DNA of 64,000 bases from Polyangiaceae bacterium (GCA_044376115.1 JBILLK010000024.1:104598-168597); one strand, 5' to 3'. Positions 20,693-31,132 are shown, counted from the stretch's first letter. Notes: generated by a model not told the origin, from the letters alone. Numbers and translations: made by a program.

Positions 20693-21058
20693 ATGTCGTT
20701 CCGCAAACCAATGACGCCTCGGTCGCTCGTGAGCATGGGGCGACGCCTGCTAACCAGCTGGTTTGGCGTCGTTGCGGCCTTGCTCGTCCTCGCCTTTTCG
20801 GGCGTGCCAGCGGTGGCGGCGGCTGCGCTTGCGGAGACCTCTACCTTTGCCTCGGGCAACCAGGAGGAGCAGCTCGAGGAGGCCGAAGCCAAGAGCACGG
20901 GTGCGCGGGCCTCCGCCACGGCGGTGCGCCGGCCCAAGCCCGCTCAGCTGGATCGAACCTTTTCTGACCACTTTCGGCGGCAACATGCGGACGCTCCGCC
21001 AGAGGCCACCTGCTTTGTCCCGCCTCAACGCAAGACACTGCTGCGCTGGCTGAATTGA
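20693..21058 (+). CDS. small exported hypothetical protein upstream of CA/SulP
   Basis: Hydrophobic signal-like segment, acidic EEQLEE block, C-terminal TLLRWLN; start uncertain. Confidence 0.55.
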   Translation: MSFRKPMTPRSLVSMGRRLLTSWFGVVAALLVLAFSGVPAVAAAALAETSTFASGNQEEQLEEAEAKSTGARASATAVRRPKPAQLDRTFSDHFRRQHADAPPEATCFVPPQRKTLLRWLN

Positions 21059-21153
21059 GCTGAGCGGCTAGTAACCGCGCCCAAGCTAGAGCCAATTCGC
21101 CAGGGATATTGCGCGCGTCTGTTGAAGGCGCCACCGCACGGAGTGTATTGCCA

Positions 21154-21837
21154 ATGCAGAAGTTGATAGACGGGTTCCACAAGTTCCAATCCGAGGTGTA
21201 TGGGCCGCGACGAGACTTCTTCGAGGCTCTCGCTGATGGGCAGCGGCCGGAGACACTTTTCATCACGTGCAGTGACAGTCGGATCAACCCCAACCTGCTG
21301 ACCCAGTCGGATCCGGGGGAGCTCTTTATCCTGCGTAACGCTGGCAACATCATTCCGGCGTACTCCCCAGTCGGAAGTGGCGAAGCGGCAACCATCGAGT
21401 TCGCGGTGCAAGGATTGGGCGTCCAGCACATCGTCGTGTGTGGCCACACCCAATGCGGCGCGATGAAAGCGCTACTTAAGCCGGAGATGGTCAAAGACTC
21501 ACCAGCCGTGGCCTCGTGGCTTCAGCACGCAGAGGGAACGCGGCGCCACGTCAAAGACAATTACACCCACTTGAGCGGGGAAGCGCTTGAGACGGTGATG
21601 GTGGAGGAAAACGTGCTTTCACAACTTGAAGCGCTGCGAACCCACCCTGCGGTCCGTTCACGCCTCTCACGCGGGCAGCTCACGTTGCACGGCTGGGTTT
21701 ACAAGATGGAAACGGGCGAAGCCTTCCACTTCAGTGATGCCTCAGGCCAGTTTGAGTCGTTCAACCAAAAGGTTGTGAGCCTACCCCAACAACGTCGAAC
21801 GTCGGTGCGGCCCATGCGTTCGATCGTCGGCATTTGA
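21154..21837 (+). CDS. beta-class carbonic anhydrase
   Basis: CSDSR, GELFILRNAGN, GHTQCGA zinc ligands. Confidence 0.95.
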   Translation: MQKLIDGFHKFQSEVYGPRRDFFEALADGQRPETLFITCSDSRINPNLLTQSDPGELFILRNAGNIIPAYSPVGSGEAATIEFAVQGLGVQHIVVCGHTQCGAMKALLKPEMVKDSPAVASWLQHAEGTRRHVKDNYTHLSGEALETVMVEENVLSQLEALRTHPAVRSRLSRGQLTLHGWVYKMETGEAFHFSDASGQFESFNQKVVSLPQQRRTSVRPMRSIVGI

Positions 21838-21854
21838 GCGCGAAGGATACAACC

Positions 21855-23378
21855 ATGGAGAACCAAGCTTCATCTTCTCAGAGTTCGCCTAGCGTGCTCG
21901 AAAGCGTTCGCTACGACCTGCCGGCTGGCGTCGTTGCATTTCTTGTCGCCGTACCGCTCTGCCTGGGCATTGCCTTGGCCTCCGGCGCACCCTTGCTGGC
22001 TGGGTTGATCGCCGGAATGATCGGCGGGCTCGTGGTGCCGCTAATCAGCCGCGCGCAGCTAAGCGTTTGTGGGCCGGCAGCCGGGCTGGCAGCCGTGGTG
22101 CTGACCGGAATCGCCACCTTGGGCAGCTTTCAAGCCTTCACGGTCGCGTTGATCCTGGCTGGCTTGCTCCAGGTTGGAATGGGGGTTCTGCGGCTCGGCA
22201 AGCTCTCCGGTTGGTTCCCCACTGGAGTTGTGAGCGGCATGCTCGCTGCCATCGGCGTCTTGTTGATCCTCAAGCAAATCCCGCACGCCGTCGGTTTTGA
22301 TCGCGATGCGTTTGCTGTCGAAGACGGCGCAACTTCACCAGCGGTGAATTCGTTGCTCGCATCGGTTAACCCCACCGCCATCCTAGTCGCGGTCACGGCC
22401 ATCGCCTCGCTCATCGGCTGGGACAAGTTCGCCAAAAGTCGCGGCGGCTCACTGCTCCCCGCGCCGCTCGTCGCTGTACTGGTCGGCGTTGGAGTGAACG
22501 AGATCGCTCGGTTGGTGAATCCGGCTTACGGCCTCTCTGGCGAACACATGGTGGTGATCCCGCCGCTAAGCTCATTCACTGATTCGTTGGGCGTGCCGAA
22601 CGCCGCGACCTTCATGCGGACCGACGTTTGGATAGTGGCTTTGACGGTCGCCGCCGTCGCCAGCATCGAGTCGCTGCTCAACGTCGAAGCGATGGACAAG
22701 CTCGATCCGCTGTCGCGTCGCTCACCTATGAACCGCGAACTGATCGCGCAAGGCGTCGCTAACACCATCTCCGGGCTGCTCGGCGGGTTGCCGGTGACCT
22801 CGGTCGTTGTGCGTAGCTCAGCGGCGATGCAAGCCGGCGCGCGTACCCGAGGAGCTGCGTTCTACCACGGGCTCCTCATCCTTCTGACGTTCGTCGCGCT
22901 GGCCCCGCTCCTCGAGCGCATTCCGCTTTCGTGCCTCGCGGCCATTCTGCTCGTGACTGGCTACAAACTCGCTTCACCGTTCGTGATGAAGGCCGCATGG
23001 AAGGAAGGCTTTGAGCACTTCCTGCCGTTTGCCGCGACGATCGTTGGTGTCGTTGGGCTCGACCTGCTCAAGGGTGTCGCCGCCGGGTTGGTGGTCGCGC
23101 TGGCCCTCGCAGTTCGACGAGCGCTTGGTCCGGTGGTTGAGGTTGCCCAGGAAGAGGGGCGCTTCATCGTGCGCTTGGTTCGCGATGTTCCGTTCTTCGC
23201 GCGGGCGGAGCTTCAGGCAGCACTGGACTCGATTCCACCGGCCGCCAGCGTGGTCGTGGATGCCGAGCAAGCAACCAGCGTTCACCGCGATGTTCGTGAG
23301 ACGGTTCGCGACTTCAAGAAGAACGCTGCCAAGAGGTCGCTCGAGGTTGAAGTTCGCGGCCTAGCCGGCGTGAGCTGA
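21855..23378 (+). CDS. SulP family inorganic anion (bicarbonate) transporter
   Basis: DLPAG..FLVAVPLCLGIALASG, GPAAG, NRELIAQG, TSVVVRSS, short STAS-like tail. Confidence 0.95.
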   Translation: MENQASSSQSSPSVLESVRYDLPAGVVAFLVAVPLCLGIALASGAPLLAGLIAGMIGGLVVPLISRAQLSVCGPAAGLAAVVLTGIATLGSFQAFTVALILAGLLQVGMGVLRLGKLSGWFPTGVVSGMLAAIGVLLILKQIPHAVGFDRDAFAVEDGATSPAVNSLLASVNPTAILVAVTAIASLIGWDKFAKSRGGSLLPAPLVAVLVGVGVNEIARLVNPAYGLSGEHMVVIPPLSSFTDSLGVPNAATFMRTDVWIVALTVAAVASIESLLNVEAMDKLDPLSRRSPMNRELIAQGVANTISGLLGGLPVTSVVVRSSAAMQAGARTRGAAFYHGLLILLTFVALAPLLERIPLSCLAAILLVTGYKLASPFVMKAAWKEGFEHFLPFAATIVGVVGLDLLKGVAAGLVVALALAVRRALGPVVEVAQEEGRFIVRLVRDVPFFARAELQAALDSIPPAASVVVDAEQATSVHRDVRETVRDFKKNAAKRSLEVEVRGLAGVS

Positions 23379-24890
23379 AAGCGGGGCTGTCTCGTTTGAG
23401 CCGCGGAAGCACAGCCGAAAGGTCGTGCCTCGCGGCAACCGGGGGCTGCAGCTGATGCTACCGCCATGCGCCTCGACGATCTCGCGCGTAACGGCCAACC
23501 CAAGCCCCGTTCCGCGTTCTTTTGTAGTGAAGAACGGGTCGAAGACGCTGGCGCGCACAGCGTCGGGGATACCTGGCCCGTCGTCCTCGATTAGCACCTC
23601 CACCCCCAGTTCACCCTTCTTCACGGTGATAGTGAGCCTGCCACCGTCTTGCATTGCTTCGCGAGCGTTGCGCATGAGGTTGAGGAAGGCCTGCCGCGCT
23701 AGACTCTCGTCCAGCGGCACATCCGGCACATCCGGCTCCACCACCAACGCCACGTGCACCTTCGCCCGCTTCATCTCCACGCCGAGGAACTCCACCAGCT
23801 CGGCCAAGAGGTCGGAGATCGACTCGTTCGCGAGCGTCGGCGAAGGCCTTCGGGCGAGGCTGAGGTACTGTTCCGAAAGGCGCGCCAATCGCTGAGCCTC
23901 GGCTTTGATGGCCTTGACCAACTCGCGCTTCTCGAGCGCGGCCTCGTCTGCTGCACCTTCTGAAAGTTCGCTCTCCAAGAGCTCGAGGTTGAGCGACATC
24001 GCCGACAAGGGGTTGCGAATTTCGTGCGTAATGTGAGCGGCCATCTTGCCGATCGCAGCGAGCCGCTCGGACTGCACCACCTCGCTTCGCGCGTCGCGAA
24101 TGGCGCCAACCATCTTCTCAAAGGTGCCCGCGAGCTCACCGATCTCGCTGCCATCATCGACCGCCGCCTTGGGTGTGAGATCGCCTGCCGCGACGCTCTT
24201 CGCGCGTTCGGTGACAAGCTTGAGCGGTCGCAACATGCGTCGGGCGTAGATCGAAATGCCGGCTCCCACACAGAGCGTCGCGAAGCTGAGCAAGAGCAAC
24301 AGTTGCAGCGCGCGCTGCTCTCGCACGACGGCGGCCTCATCAAGCCGCTCCACCGCGGTCTCAGCCTTGCTGCGCACTGCACGCAAGCGAGAGGCGGTAT
24401 CGGCTTCAACCTTCACTAACTCGCTCGCCAAGCGATCGGCACGCTCGGAGTTCCCCGAAAGCAGCGCCTCGAACAGCCGGGAGTAAGCGTCGGCTTCGCT
24501 GGTCTGCCTCTCCTCGATCGCATCCAGCTCGGCGCGCGCCTCGAGTTGCATGCGCTCGATGGCCGCTCCACCTTCTTCCAGCGCGTCGAGCGCCTCGCGA
24601 ATCGAGGCAAGCGTAAGCGGGCGCGAACGCCGTTGTGTTTCGACCCAATCCCGCACATCGCCGGGGTTCTTCGCTGCGGTGGCGTGGTTGAGCTGGGTGA
24701 GCAAGACGTTCTGTTCGGCCAAGGCTTGCCCAACCGACAGCTGCAGCGGCACCAAGCCTTTTCGCAATAGCGCTGATTCTCGAGCCGTGTTGCGCATATC
24801 GCGGACGCCCAACGACATCGTTACGGCGAAGGCCAGGAGCAACAGGGCATAGCCGAACAACAGACGACGCGTGACCGAGAAGCTACGCAT
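23361..24890 (-). CDS. membrane sensor histidine kinase (HAMP-HisKA-HATPase)
   Basis: 2 TM segments, HAMP, HEIRNPL, NLMRNA, DDGPG, FFTTK, GTGLGL. Confidence 0.93.
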   Translation of the reverse strand: MRSFSVTRRLLFGYALLLLAFAVTMSLGVRDMRNTARESALLRKGLVPLQLSVGQALAEQNVLLTQLNHATAAKNPGDVRDWVETQRRSRPLTLASIREALDALEEGGAAIERMQLEARAELDAIEERQTSEADAYSRLFEALLSGNSERADRLASELVKVEADTASRLRAVRSKAETAVERLDEAAVVREQRALQLLLLLSFATLCVGAGISIYARRMLRPLKLVTERAKSVAAGDLTPKAAVDDGSEIGELAGTFEKMVGAIRDARSEVVQSERLAAIGKMAAHITHEIRNPLSAMSLNLELLESELSEGAADEAALEKRELVKAIKAEAQRLARLSEQYLSLARRPSPTLANESISDLLAELVEFLGVEMKRAKVHVALVVEPDVPDVPLDESLARQAFLNLMRNAREAMQDGGRLTITVKKGELGVEVLIEDDGPGIPDAVRASVFDPFFTTKERGTGLGLAVTREIVEAHGGSISCSPRLPRGTTFRLCFRGSNETAPLSAHAG

Positions 24891-24896
24891 GAGCTG

Positions 24897-25970
24897 TTAG
24901 AGCGCGAGACCGAGGCCCTTTGCGAGGAACACAACGAGATCCTCCACCTGGGCGCCCGAGCGACGGAATCGGGTCAAGCTCGATGCACAGGCGGTCACCA
25001 GCGGCGCCGAATCCGCTTGGGCCAGCCGTTGTTCTGCGATCGTCTTCGAGGTCTCGGGCCGGACGATCGGAACCAGCGCACCAGCGCCCGAGCAATCGGC
25101 TGCAGCCCGGTTGCGATGAAACTCCAGCGGAGCTTGGCCAAGCACTTTGGAGAGGAGACGGCGGGGCTCTTCGTAGCGGCCCATCCCTCGGCCGAGCAGA
25201 CACGGATCGTGGTAGCGCGGCAGTTCGCTCGGCTCAGGCGTAATCGCCTTGAAGCGCTCCAAGTTATCGTGGGCAAGATCGAGCACGAGCCGAACGTCAC
25301 CGTTGGCGCGCAACGACTGTGCGCACCCGACATCGAGCACCAACGGCGCGCGCCCTGAGCACGCCGCACCAATTTCCCCCGCGAGACGCTCCGCCCCGAG
25401 CGCGTCGCCGGCCATTCGCTCAGGGTAGCCGCAACAGCCGTCCAACAAGGACACCGGCCCGCCCAAGAGCTTGGCGGCCACGCGTGCCGCGAGGCCAGCC
25501 ACCTCGGGGTGCTTGAGCGTATAGCCGCAGCCCAGGAGCAACGGAGGCCCATCTCCAACAACCTCGGGCCCGAGCTCGTTCGAAAGCTCGGCGACAGCCT
25601 GCTTGAGACGGGCTCGGCGCGACTCTCCGCGTGCGATGACCGACGCGCTCTCACTGGGCTGCAGCCCAAGCTCTGTGAGCGGGCCGCGCGCTTCGGCAAG
25701 TACGTCGGCGACCGGGTTCTTGTGGTCGCAGCGCTCTTTGCACGCCATGCATCCGGTGCACGCCCAAGCGAGACTCGCGGTCTCTGCGTCCAGCGGGGCG
25801 AGGCCGCGGCCAGCAAAGTAGACCGACGACATTTTTCCCCACGGCGTCAACGTCTCGTTCGGCTCCGCATTCGAGATCGGACAAGCGGCACGGCACAACT
25901 TTGGGCAGTAGACGCACTTCTCGAGTTGGGAGCTGCGTTGTTCCACGACCGGCAGGCTGAAGCGATTCAC
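24897..25970 (-). CDS. (Fe-S)-binding protein with CCG domains (GlpC/HdrD-like)
   Basis: CVYCPKLCRAACP and CTGCMACKERC ferredoxin motifs; GCCG, HDPC, TAC. Confidence 0.88.
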   Translation of the reverse strand: MNRFSLPVVEQRSSQLEKCVYCPKLCRAACPISNAEPNETLTPWGKMSSVYFAGRGLAPLDAETASLAWACTGCMACKERCDHKNPVADVLAEARGPLTELGLQPSESASVIARGESRRARLKQAVAELSNELGPEVVGDGPPLLLGCGYTLKHPEVAGLAARVAAKLLGGPVSLLDGCCGYPERMAGDALGAERLAGEIGAACSGRAPLVLDVGCAQSLRANGDVRLVLDLAHDNLERFKAITPEPSELPRYHDPCLLGRGMGRYEEPRRLLSKVLGQAPLEFHRNRAAADCSGAGALVPIVRPETSKTIAEQRLAQADSAPLVTACASSLTRFRRSGAQVEDLVVFLAKGLGLAL

Positions 25971-28198
25971 GAGCCGGACTTCCCCTCGCGCAGCAACTCT
26001 CGTCGCTCGCGAACCGTTGAGGCGGCGCTACGACTCTTGGCTGCAGGCGGAGGCACCGACTTGCGTCGCACCGGCGGGGATTCCACCTCGTCCTCGACGG
26101 GCCGCATCACCAAGCCTTCGGCCTCGGTCTGCGGTAGCCGAACGACGAACTTCGTACCGGCCGCTGAGGACTCTGCGGACACCGTGCCGCGGTGGTCATC
26201 CACGATCTTCTTCACGATCGACAACCCAAGGCCTGTACCGCCGCGCTTACCGCTGGTGACGAAAGAGGCGAACAGCTTGCGTCGCACTTCTTCCGGTATG
26301 CCCCGCCCGGTATCAGCGACGGTGATCACCAGATCATCTCCGTCCCGCTCGACCCGCAACGTGAGCGTGCCGCCACGCTCACTCATTGCTTCGATCGCGT
26401 TGCGCGCGAGGTTCGCGATCACCCGGCTGATCTTCAGCTCGTCGAAACGCGCGGTGCCTCGGTCCTTGAGTTCGAGCTGCATTTTGACCTTGGTACCCTC
26501 GAGATCTCGCTGCAGCTGCTGTTCGACCTCATTGAAGAATTTCTCGAGGAAAAGACGCCGAATGAGCAAGCTGCGCTCCCCGCGAGCGAACTCGAGAATC
26601 TCGCGTTGCATAGCGGCGATCGCATCGAACTGTTTGAGGATCACCTTGGCCTGCTCACTGCGCGTCGCCCGGTCATCCGTCGTGGCCATCAGCTGCGCAT
26701 AGCCGCTGATGACAGCGAGCGGGCCGCGCAAGTCGTGCACGATTCCCGAGAACAAGCGCCCGAGCGAAGAGAGCCGCCGCCCCTGTTCACGCTCGATGCG
26801 CGAAACGAATAGGCGAACCGCCGTCGAAGCGTTGGCCGAGATGAGTCGCAGCAGCGCGCGTGCGTCTTGCGAGAAGCCGCCCTGGCGAGTTGCGTTGTAA
26901 AGCGCGAGGGCGCCGATCGGAGAGTCGTCGGAGCCTTCGAGTGGCATCGCCACCGAGCTCTTCACCTCGATCCCGAGCACCGAGCCCAAGCGCGACGAGA
27001 CGGGAGGCCCCGTCATACGGGACGCGCTGGATGGCGGTAAATGTTGGGCCTCATTCGTCCGCATGGCCAACCCGAGAATGCCCTCCCCGCGCCGGACGCC
27101 GACCCGCTTGACCTCGGGGTGTTTGCCCTTCGTCGCATCGACGAAATAGAGGAATACGCCCTCCTCCCCTTCGTCCACCATCATGCCGCCAGCCTCGGCG
27201 CCGCAGGCCCGCGCAGCTTCGACAACCACCGCTTTGGCCAGGTCCGAGAACGAGGACGCGCGCGCCATCGAACTCTCGAGTTCGAACAGCAGCTTCAAAT
27301 CTTGGACGCGGTGCTCGAGCTGCTCCTTGGTCTCGACGAGCTGCATGTTCTTCTGAATCACCGACAAGAAGAGGCGGGAGTTGTCGATGGAGACGGCAGC
27401 CTGCGTCGACAAAGCCGTCAGCAATTCTTCATCGTATTGAGAGAACTCACCGTCCCACCCGGGCTCGTCAAAGGAGGTGGGTCGCGACTTTCCTCGCGAT
27501 GACGGGGCCGCACCACTTCGCGAGCGGCTAAACTCACCGCTCTGCTCGGAGACCGGCCCGGTATGAACAACCGGGCTGCGCTTGTTGAGCACCTGAATCA
27601 CGCCGATCGTTCTGCCGACGTGGTTCTTCATCGGCGCCGCGAGGATTGACCGCGTTCGGTAGCCGGTCATCTCGTCCCAGTGGCGAGAGAAACGTCGATC
27701 CCGATAGGCGTCCTTGATCCTCAGGGTCTGTCCGAATTTTGCGACGTGACCGGCGATGCCCGACCCCACTGGCAACTCGATGCTCTTGGCCTCGTCCCCA
27801 ATGATGATGCGCGAAAGCAGGCGCTGCCGTTGTTCGTCGAGCAGATAGAGGGTGGCGCGGTCGGCCTCGAGCAGCTCGGCGATCTTCCCAAGAATCAATT
27901 CGAGGAGCTGATCGAGGTCGAGCGTCGACCCCAGCGCCAAGCCGACATCGCGGAGCGCGCGAACCGTCCGCTCGGCCCGCCCCAAAAGTGAATCCAGCTC
28001 GGCCACCTTGGCCTCGAGCTCGGACACGCGACGGTTGAACTCGTCCTTGTCCGGCCTTCGACGTGAGGATGGCGGCGCGACGACGGGAGGGCGCGAAGGC
28101 TTCTTCCCCTCAGCCTTTCGCGGCTTATTCGGGGATTTTGGCAAAGCTACGCGGCGAGCTTCGCTCAAGGTCCCAGGTTTGGCCGTCTTTGCAGGCAT
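25967..28198 (-). CDS. cytoplasmic GAF-GAF histidine kinase
   Basis: GAF (GIAGHVA, GYRTRSILAAPM, VLNK), second GAF, HDLRGPL, NLARNA, DTGRG, GTGLGL. Confidence 0.92.
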   Translation of the reverse strand: MPAKTAKPGTLSEARRVALPKSPNKPRKAEGKKPSRPPVVAPPSSRRRPDKDEFNRRVSELEAKVAELDSLLGRAERTVRALRDVGLALGSTLDLDQLLELILGKIAELLEADRATLYLLDEQRQRLLSRIIIGDEAKSIELPVGSGIAGHVAKFGQTLRIKDAYRDRRFSRHWDEMTGYRTRSILAAPMKNHVGRTIGVIQVLNKRSPVVHTGPVSEQSGEFSRSRSGAAPSSRGKSRPTSFDEPGWDGEFSQYDEELLTALSTQAAVSIDNSRLFLSVIQKNMQLVETKEQLEHRVQDLKLLFELESSMARASSFSDLAKAVVVEAARACGAEAGGMMVDEGEEGVFLYFVDATKGKHPEVKRVGVRRGEGILGLAMRTNEAQHLPPSSASRMTGPPVSSRLGSVLGIEVKSSVAMPLEGSDDSPIGALALYNATRQGGFSQDARALLRLISANASTAVRLFVSRIEREQGRRLSSLGRLFSGIVHDLRGPLAVISGYAQLMATTDDRATRSEQAKVILKQFDAIAAMQREILEFARGERSLLIRRLFLEKFFNEVEQQLQRDLEGTKVKMQLELKDRGTARFDELKISRVIANLARNAIEAMSERGGTLTLRVERDGDDLVITVADTGRGIPEEVRRKLFASFVTSGKRGGTGLGLSIVKKIVDDHRGTVSAESSAAGTKFVVRLPQTEAEGLVMRPVEDEVESPPVRRKSVPPPAAKSRSAASTVRERRELLREGKSGS

Positions 28199-28327
28199 CC
28201 AGCTTGCAAGGTAGAGAAGCCTGGTCATTTGTTGAAGCTGAATTTGTGGAGTTTTCGAGCTGGGCACTGCGGGCGTTGGTGGTCGCAAGCAGTTGCCGGG
28301 CACGCTAGGCTCCTCCGCCTGGAGTCA

Positions 28328-28666
28328 ATGCCTCGCTGGGTCCATGTTGTGCAGCTCGTGATTGCCGCAGGCAGTGTGGCGTGTGGTTCCGAGGCCTCCA
28401 ACGCCGTCGTAGCCGCCTGCGTTGAGCAGTGTGATTTGGCCAACGATTGCGAGGGTGGCTCCTACTCCTGCCTCGACAAGTGCGAGGCTGAATACGACAA
28501 CGCCCAATACATCGGATGTGAAACCGAATACGAGGTCCTCATTGATTGCTTGGGTGCGTTGCCAGACATCTGCGACGTCAGCGGCTGCGCAACTCCAGTC
28601 AGCAGCTACTCGGTATGCGGGGGCTTCTTCTGCGGGGCCAACCCCGAGGATCCGTTGTGCAGCTGA
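28328..28666 (+). CDS. small Cys-rich lipoprotein
   Basis: GGAG SD, SVAC lipobox, many Cys. Confidence 0.7.
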   Translation: MPRWVHVVQLVIAAGSVACGSEASNAVVAACVEQCDLANDCEGGSYSCLDKCEAEYDNAQYIGCETEYEVLIDCLGALPDICDVSGCATPVSSYSVCGGFFCGANPEDPLCS

Positions 28667-28729
28667 TCTGCTTCGCCGTGGTTGTGGGAAGCAGCCAACG
28701 TTGTCAGAGCGTTATCCCCAGTTGATCCG

Positions 28730-30322
28730 ATGATGCTTACCGCTCGCTCGTTCATTGTCGCGGTGTCGTTAGCCGCTGCGCTCACGCCCCACAGCGCAAG
28801 CTCGGGTCCGGGCGCGCCCAGCGCCGAGCCGAGCACGTCCCTACCGAAGCCCCCGCCGGACGGCGAGCTACCCGCGCTCGCGACCTTACCCCCGATCAAG
28901 CGACTCGAGGCCGAGCAAGAGAGCACCCGCGAACTCGACAAGCTGCTGACCCGCCTCACTTCGGAGAAGTCCGACATTCGCGAGGCGGCCTTCGCAGACG
29001 TCGAGAAGGTGGACGCCGGCCTACTGCCCGCTGTGTACGGGCGCATTCAGAACATTCGGGAGTCGCTCGACCGCGACCAAGCCCCGCGCACAATCGCGGC
29101 TGCGCGGAAGGCGGCGCGAGACGCAAGGAAGGCGGAGAAAAAGAGCAAAAAGTCGAGCGCCTCCGAAGAGGAGGAGAGCGACTGGCTCCGGTTCGTGCTC
29201 GATGAACCACGCCCAAAAGACGCAACTTGGCGCGAGGTCGTAGAGCTCCTGGCGATCACGCGCATGCTGCGAGTGATGGGCACTACGGCGGCCGTGCGCG
29301 AACTGATCGAGCTACGCGCGAACTTCGGCGAAATGCTGCGAGTGGACCTCATGCGACAGGTGATCGCGCTGAAGGACAAAGCGGTACCGGCGTTGCTGGA
29401 GTCGAAGAAGCACGACGCGAGTGTGGTGCGCGAGTTCGCCGATAAGGCGCTCGACACGTTGGGCAAGGTGACCCCCGGCGAAGCAGTGAGCACCACCGAC
29501 CCTGAGGTGCTCGCGGACACGCTCAAGGCATTTGGATACGTGCGCGAAGTCGAGGCTGTCGACGTTCTTCTTTCCTTCGCCAACCACGACCGACGCAAAG
29601 TCCGAGACGCTGCACGGCAGGCCATCGCGGCCATTGGCGAAGCTGGACGCTTTCGTTTGCGCGACGCTTATCAGGACCTAACGGGCGAGAAGATCGACAA
29701 GAGCGTTCCGTGGGACATCCTCGCGAAGCGGATGTTTTGGCTCTACGACAACGCCCGAGCTGCAGAGGTCGTGCGCACGTTCGACAGCGGGACGACGCTC
29801 GCGAAGGACAAGGACTACGCCGGTGCAGTCGCCGCGTTCGATCGGGTGCTCGCGGTCGACCCGCAATTCGACCGGAGAGCCGAGATGAGTCCCGCTTACT
29901 TCGAGCTGGGCAAGGCGACCTCGTTTGACCAGCCCGAGGAGCGCCTCGCCCGGCTGCGCAAAGCCCGTCGCTTGCTCGGCCAGCAACCTGCTCCAACCAT
30001 CGACGCGGAAATCGCCTTCACAGAGGCCAAGATGCTCCTGGCCGAAGGGCGCCCTGACCGCTTTCTGCTCAAGCGCGCCGTTGAACTCGATCCTAACCAC
30101 AACGAGGCGGCAGCACTCCTGGCGAGCTTTGACCAGGAGGCCGCACGGGAGGCGCAGTCCGTCCAACCCAAGCCGCCCTACGTACTGGCAGGCGCCATTG
30201 CGGCGGTCGCAGCGCTACTCGCTGGGGTGATCGCCCTGCTCCCGTGGGGGAGGAAGCAGGCGACGCTCAAAGCCCCGCCCGCAGCGGCAGAGGCTGCAAA
30301 GCCGACCGAAACTACTCCCTAG
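28730..30322 (+). CDS. exported HEAT/TPR repeat protein with C-terminal TM
   Basis: Signal peptide, HEAT-like VRDAARQAIAAIG, TPR-like DYAGAVAAFDRVLAVDP and RAVELDPNH, C-terminal hydrophobic helix. Confidence 0.8.
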   Translation: MMLTARSFIVAVSLAAALTPHSASSGPGAPSAEPSTSLPKPPPDGELPALATLPPIKRLEAEQESTRELDKLLTRLTSEKSDIREAAFADVEKVDAGLLPAVYGRIQNIRESLDRDQAPRTIAAARKAARDARKAEKKSKKSSASEEEESDWLRFVLDEPRPKDATWREVVELLAITRMLRVMGTTAAVRELIELRANFGEMLRVDLMRQVIALKDKAVPALLESKKHDASVVREFADKALDTLGKVTPGEAVSTTDPEVLADTLKAFGYVREVEAVDVLLSFANHDRRKVRDAARQAIAAIGEAGRFRLRDAYQDLTGEKIDKSVPWDILAKRMFWLYDNARAAEVVRTFDSGTTLAKDKDYAGAVAAFDRVLAVDPQFDRRAEMSPAYFELGKATSFDQPEERLARLRKARRLLGQQPAPTIDAEIAFTEAKMLLAEGRPDRFLLKRAVELDPNHNEAAALLASFDQEAAREAQSVQPKPPYVLAGAIAAVAALLAGVIALLPWGRKQATLKAPPAAAEAAKPTETTP

Positions 30323-31005
30323 AGCGCCTCTTCTTCGACGGAGATCACGCGCCCATAGCCATCGAGTTGATAACAGAACCGCACTTTGCCGCCCCCTTGC
30401 GCAAGCTTGCAGGTGCACAACAGCTGACGGGCTCGGTGCGGAAACCTGCCTTGATCGGTCAGAAGCTCGGGCATCTTGGGCGTGGCAGGGCTGGCCTTCA
30501 ACATCCCACCAGGCAGCAGTTGACGCTGGAACATCGTGGCGGTGGTCGATGCCTCCGCCAAACGAACTCCGGCTGCGTCAACCAGCTCAATGGTCACGGT
30601 CCCCGCGAAACGCTTCCCCACCTCGGGTAGTGGCGCTTTCGCTTGTTGTGCTTGCTGGCTCTCTTTAGCCGGAGACCACCCGTCGGCTTGCTCCTTCGCT
30701 ATGAGCGACTTCACATCGTCGGCGTCCAGCGTTTCGCCAAGGGCGGCCCCGACGTCCTCCATGAAAGCGACCAGTCTCTTTACGCTGGTTCCCGAAGGCA
30801 CGGATAGCTTCACCCCAAAGCGGTGGAGTTTGACCGTCAACACCCCCAGAGAACCGACGAGAATCTCCTCATTCTCGTCCTCGTCAATGAACTCTTCGCG
30901 CTCGCACGTGACCCCAAAGTCGCGGGCGCACTCTTGCGCCACAGCGAACACTTGCTTCAGGGTGCGTTGCTGCGTCTTAACGTAAACGGAGTGGTCCCGC
31001 GACAT
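30319..31005 (-). CDS. hypothetical protein
   Basis: GGAGGA SD 7 nt before ATG 31005; no recognised motif. Confidence 0.6.
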   Translation of the reverse strand: MSRDHSVYVKTQQRTLKQVFAVAQECARDFGVTCEREEFIDEDENEEILVGSLGVLTVKLHRFGVKLSVPSGTSVKRLVAFMEDVGAALGETLDADDVKSLIAKEQADGWSPAKESQQAQQAKAPLPEVGKRFAGTVTIELVDAAGVRLAEASTTATMFQRQLLPGGMLKASPATPKMPELLTDQGRFPHRARQLLCTCKLAQGGGKVRFCYQLDGYGRVISVEEEAL

Positions 31006-31082
31006 CCTCACGTCCTCCCAAACCCGCAGATTTCAGTGGCGGCGCACCGTCCCCTTGCCCACGACAGCCCGCCCATGGAACG

Positions 31083-31114
31083 AAAAAGGGCGCACGATCG
31101 ATGAACGTGCGCCC
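31083..31114 (-). terminator. intrinsic terminator of the ribosomal protein cluster
   Basis: GGGCGCACG/CGTGCGCCC 9-bp stem followed by TTTTT on the minus strand just after the rplQ stop. Confidence 0.85.
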
Positions 31115-31132
31115 AATGACCTGACGTATCCC

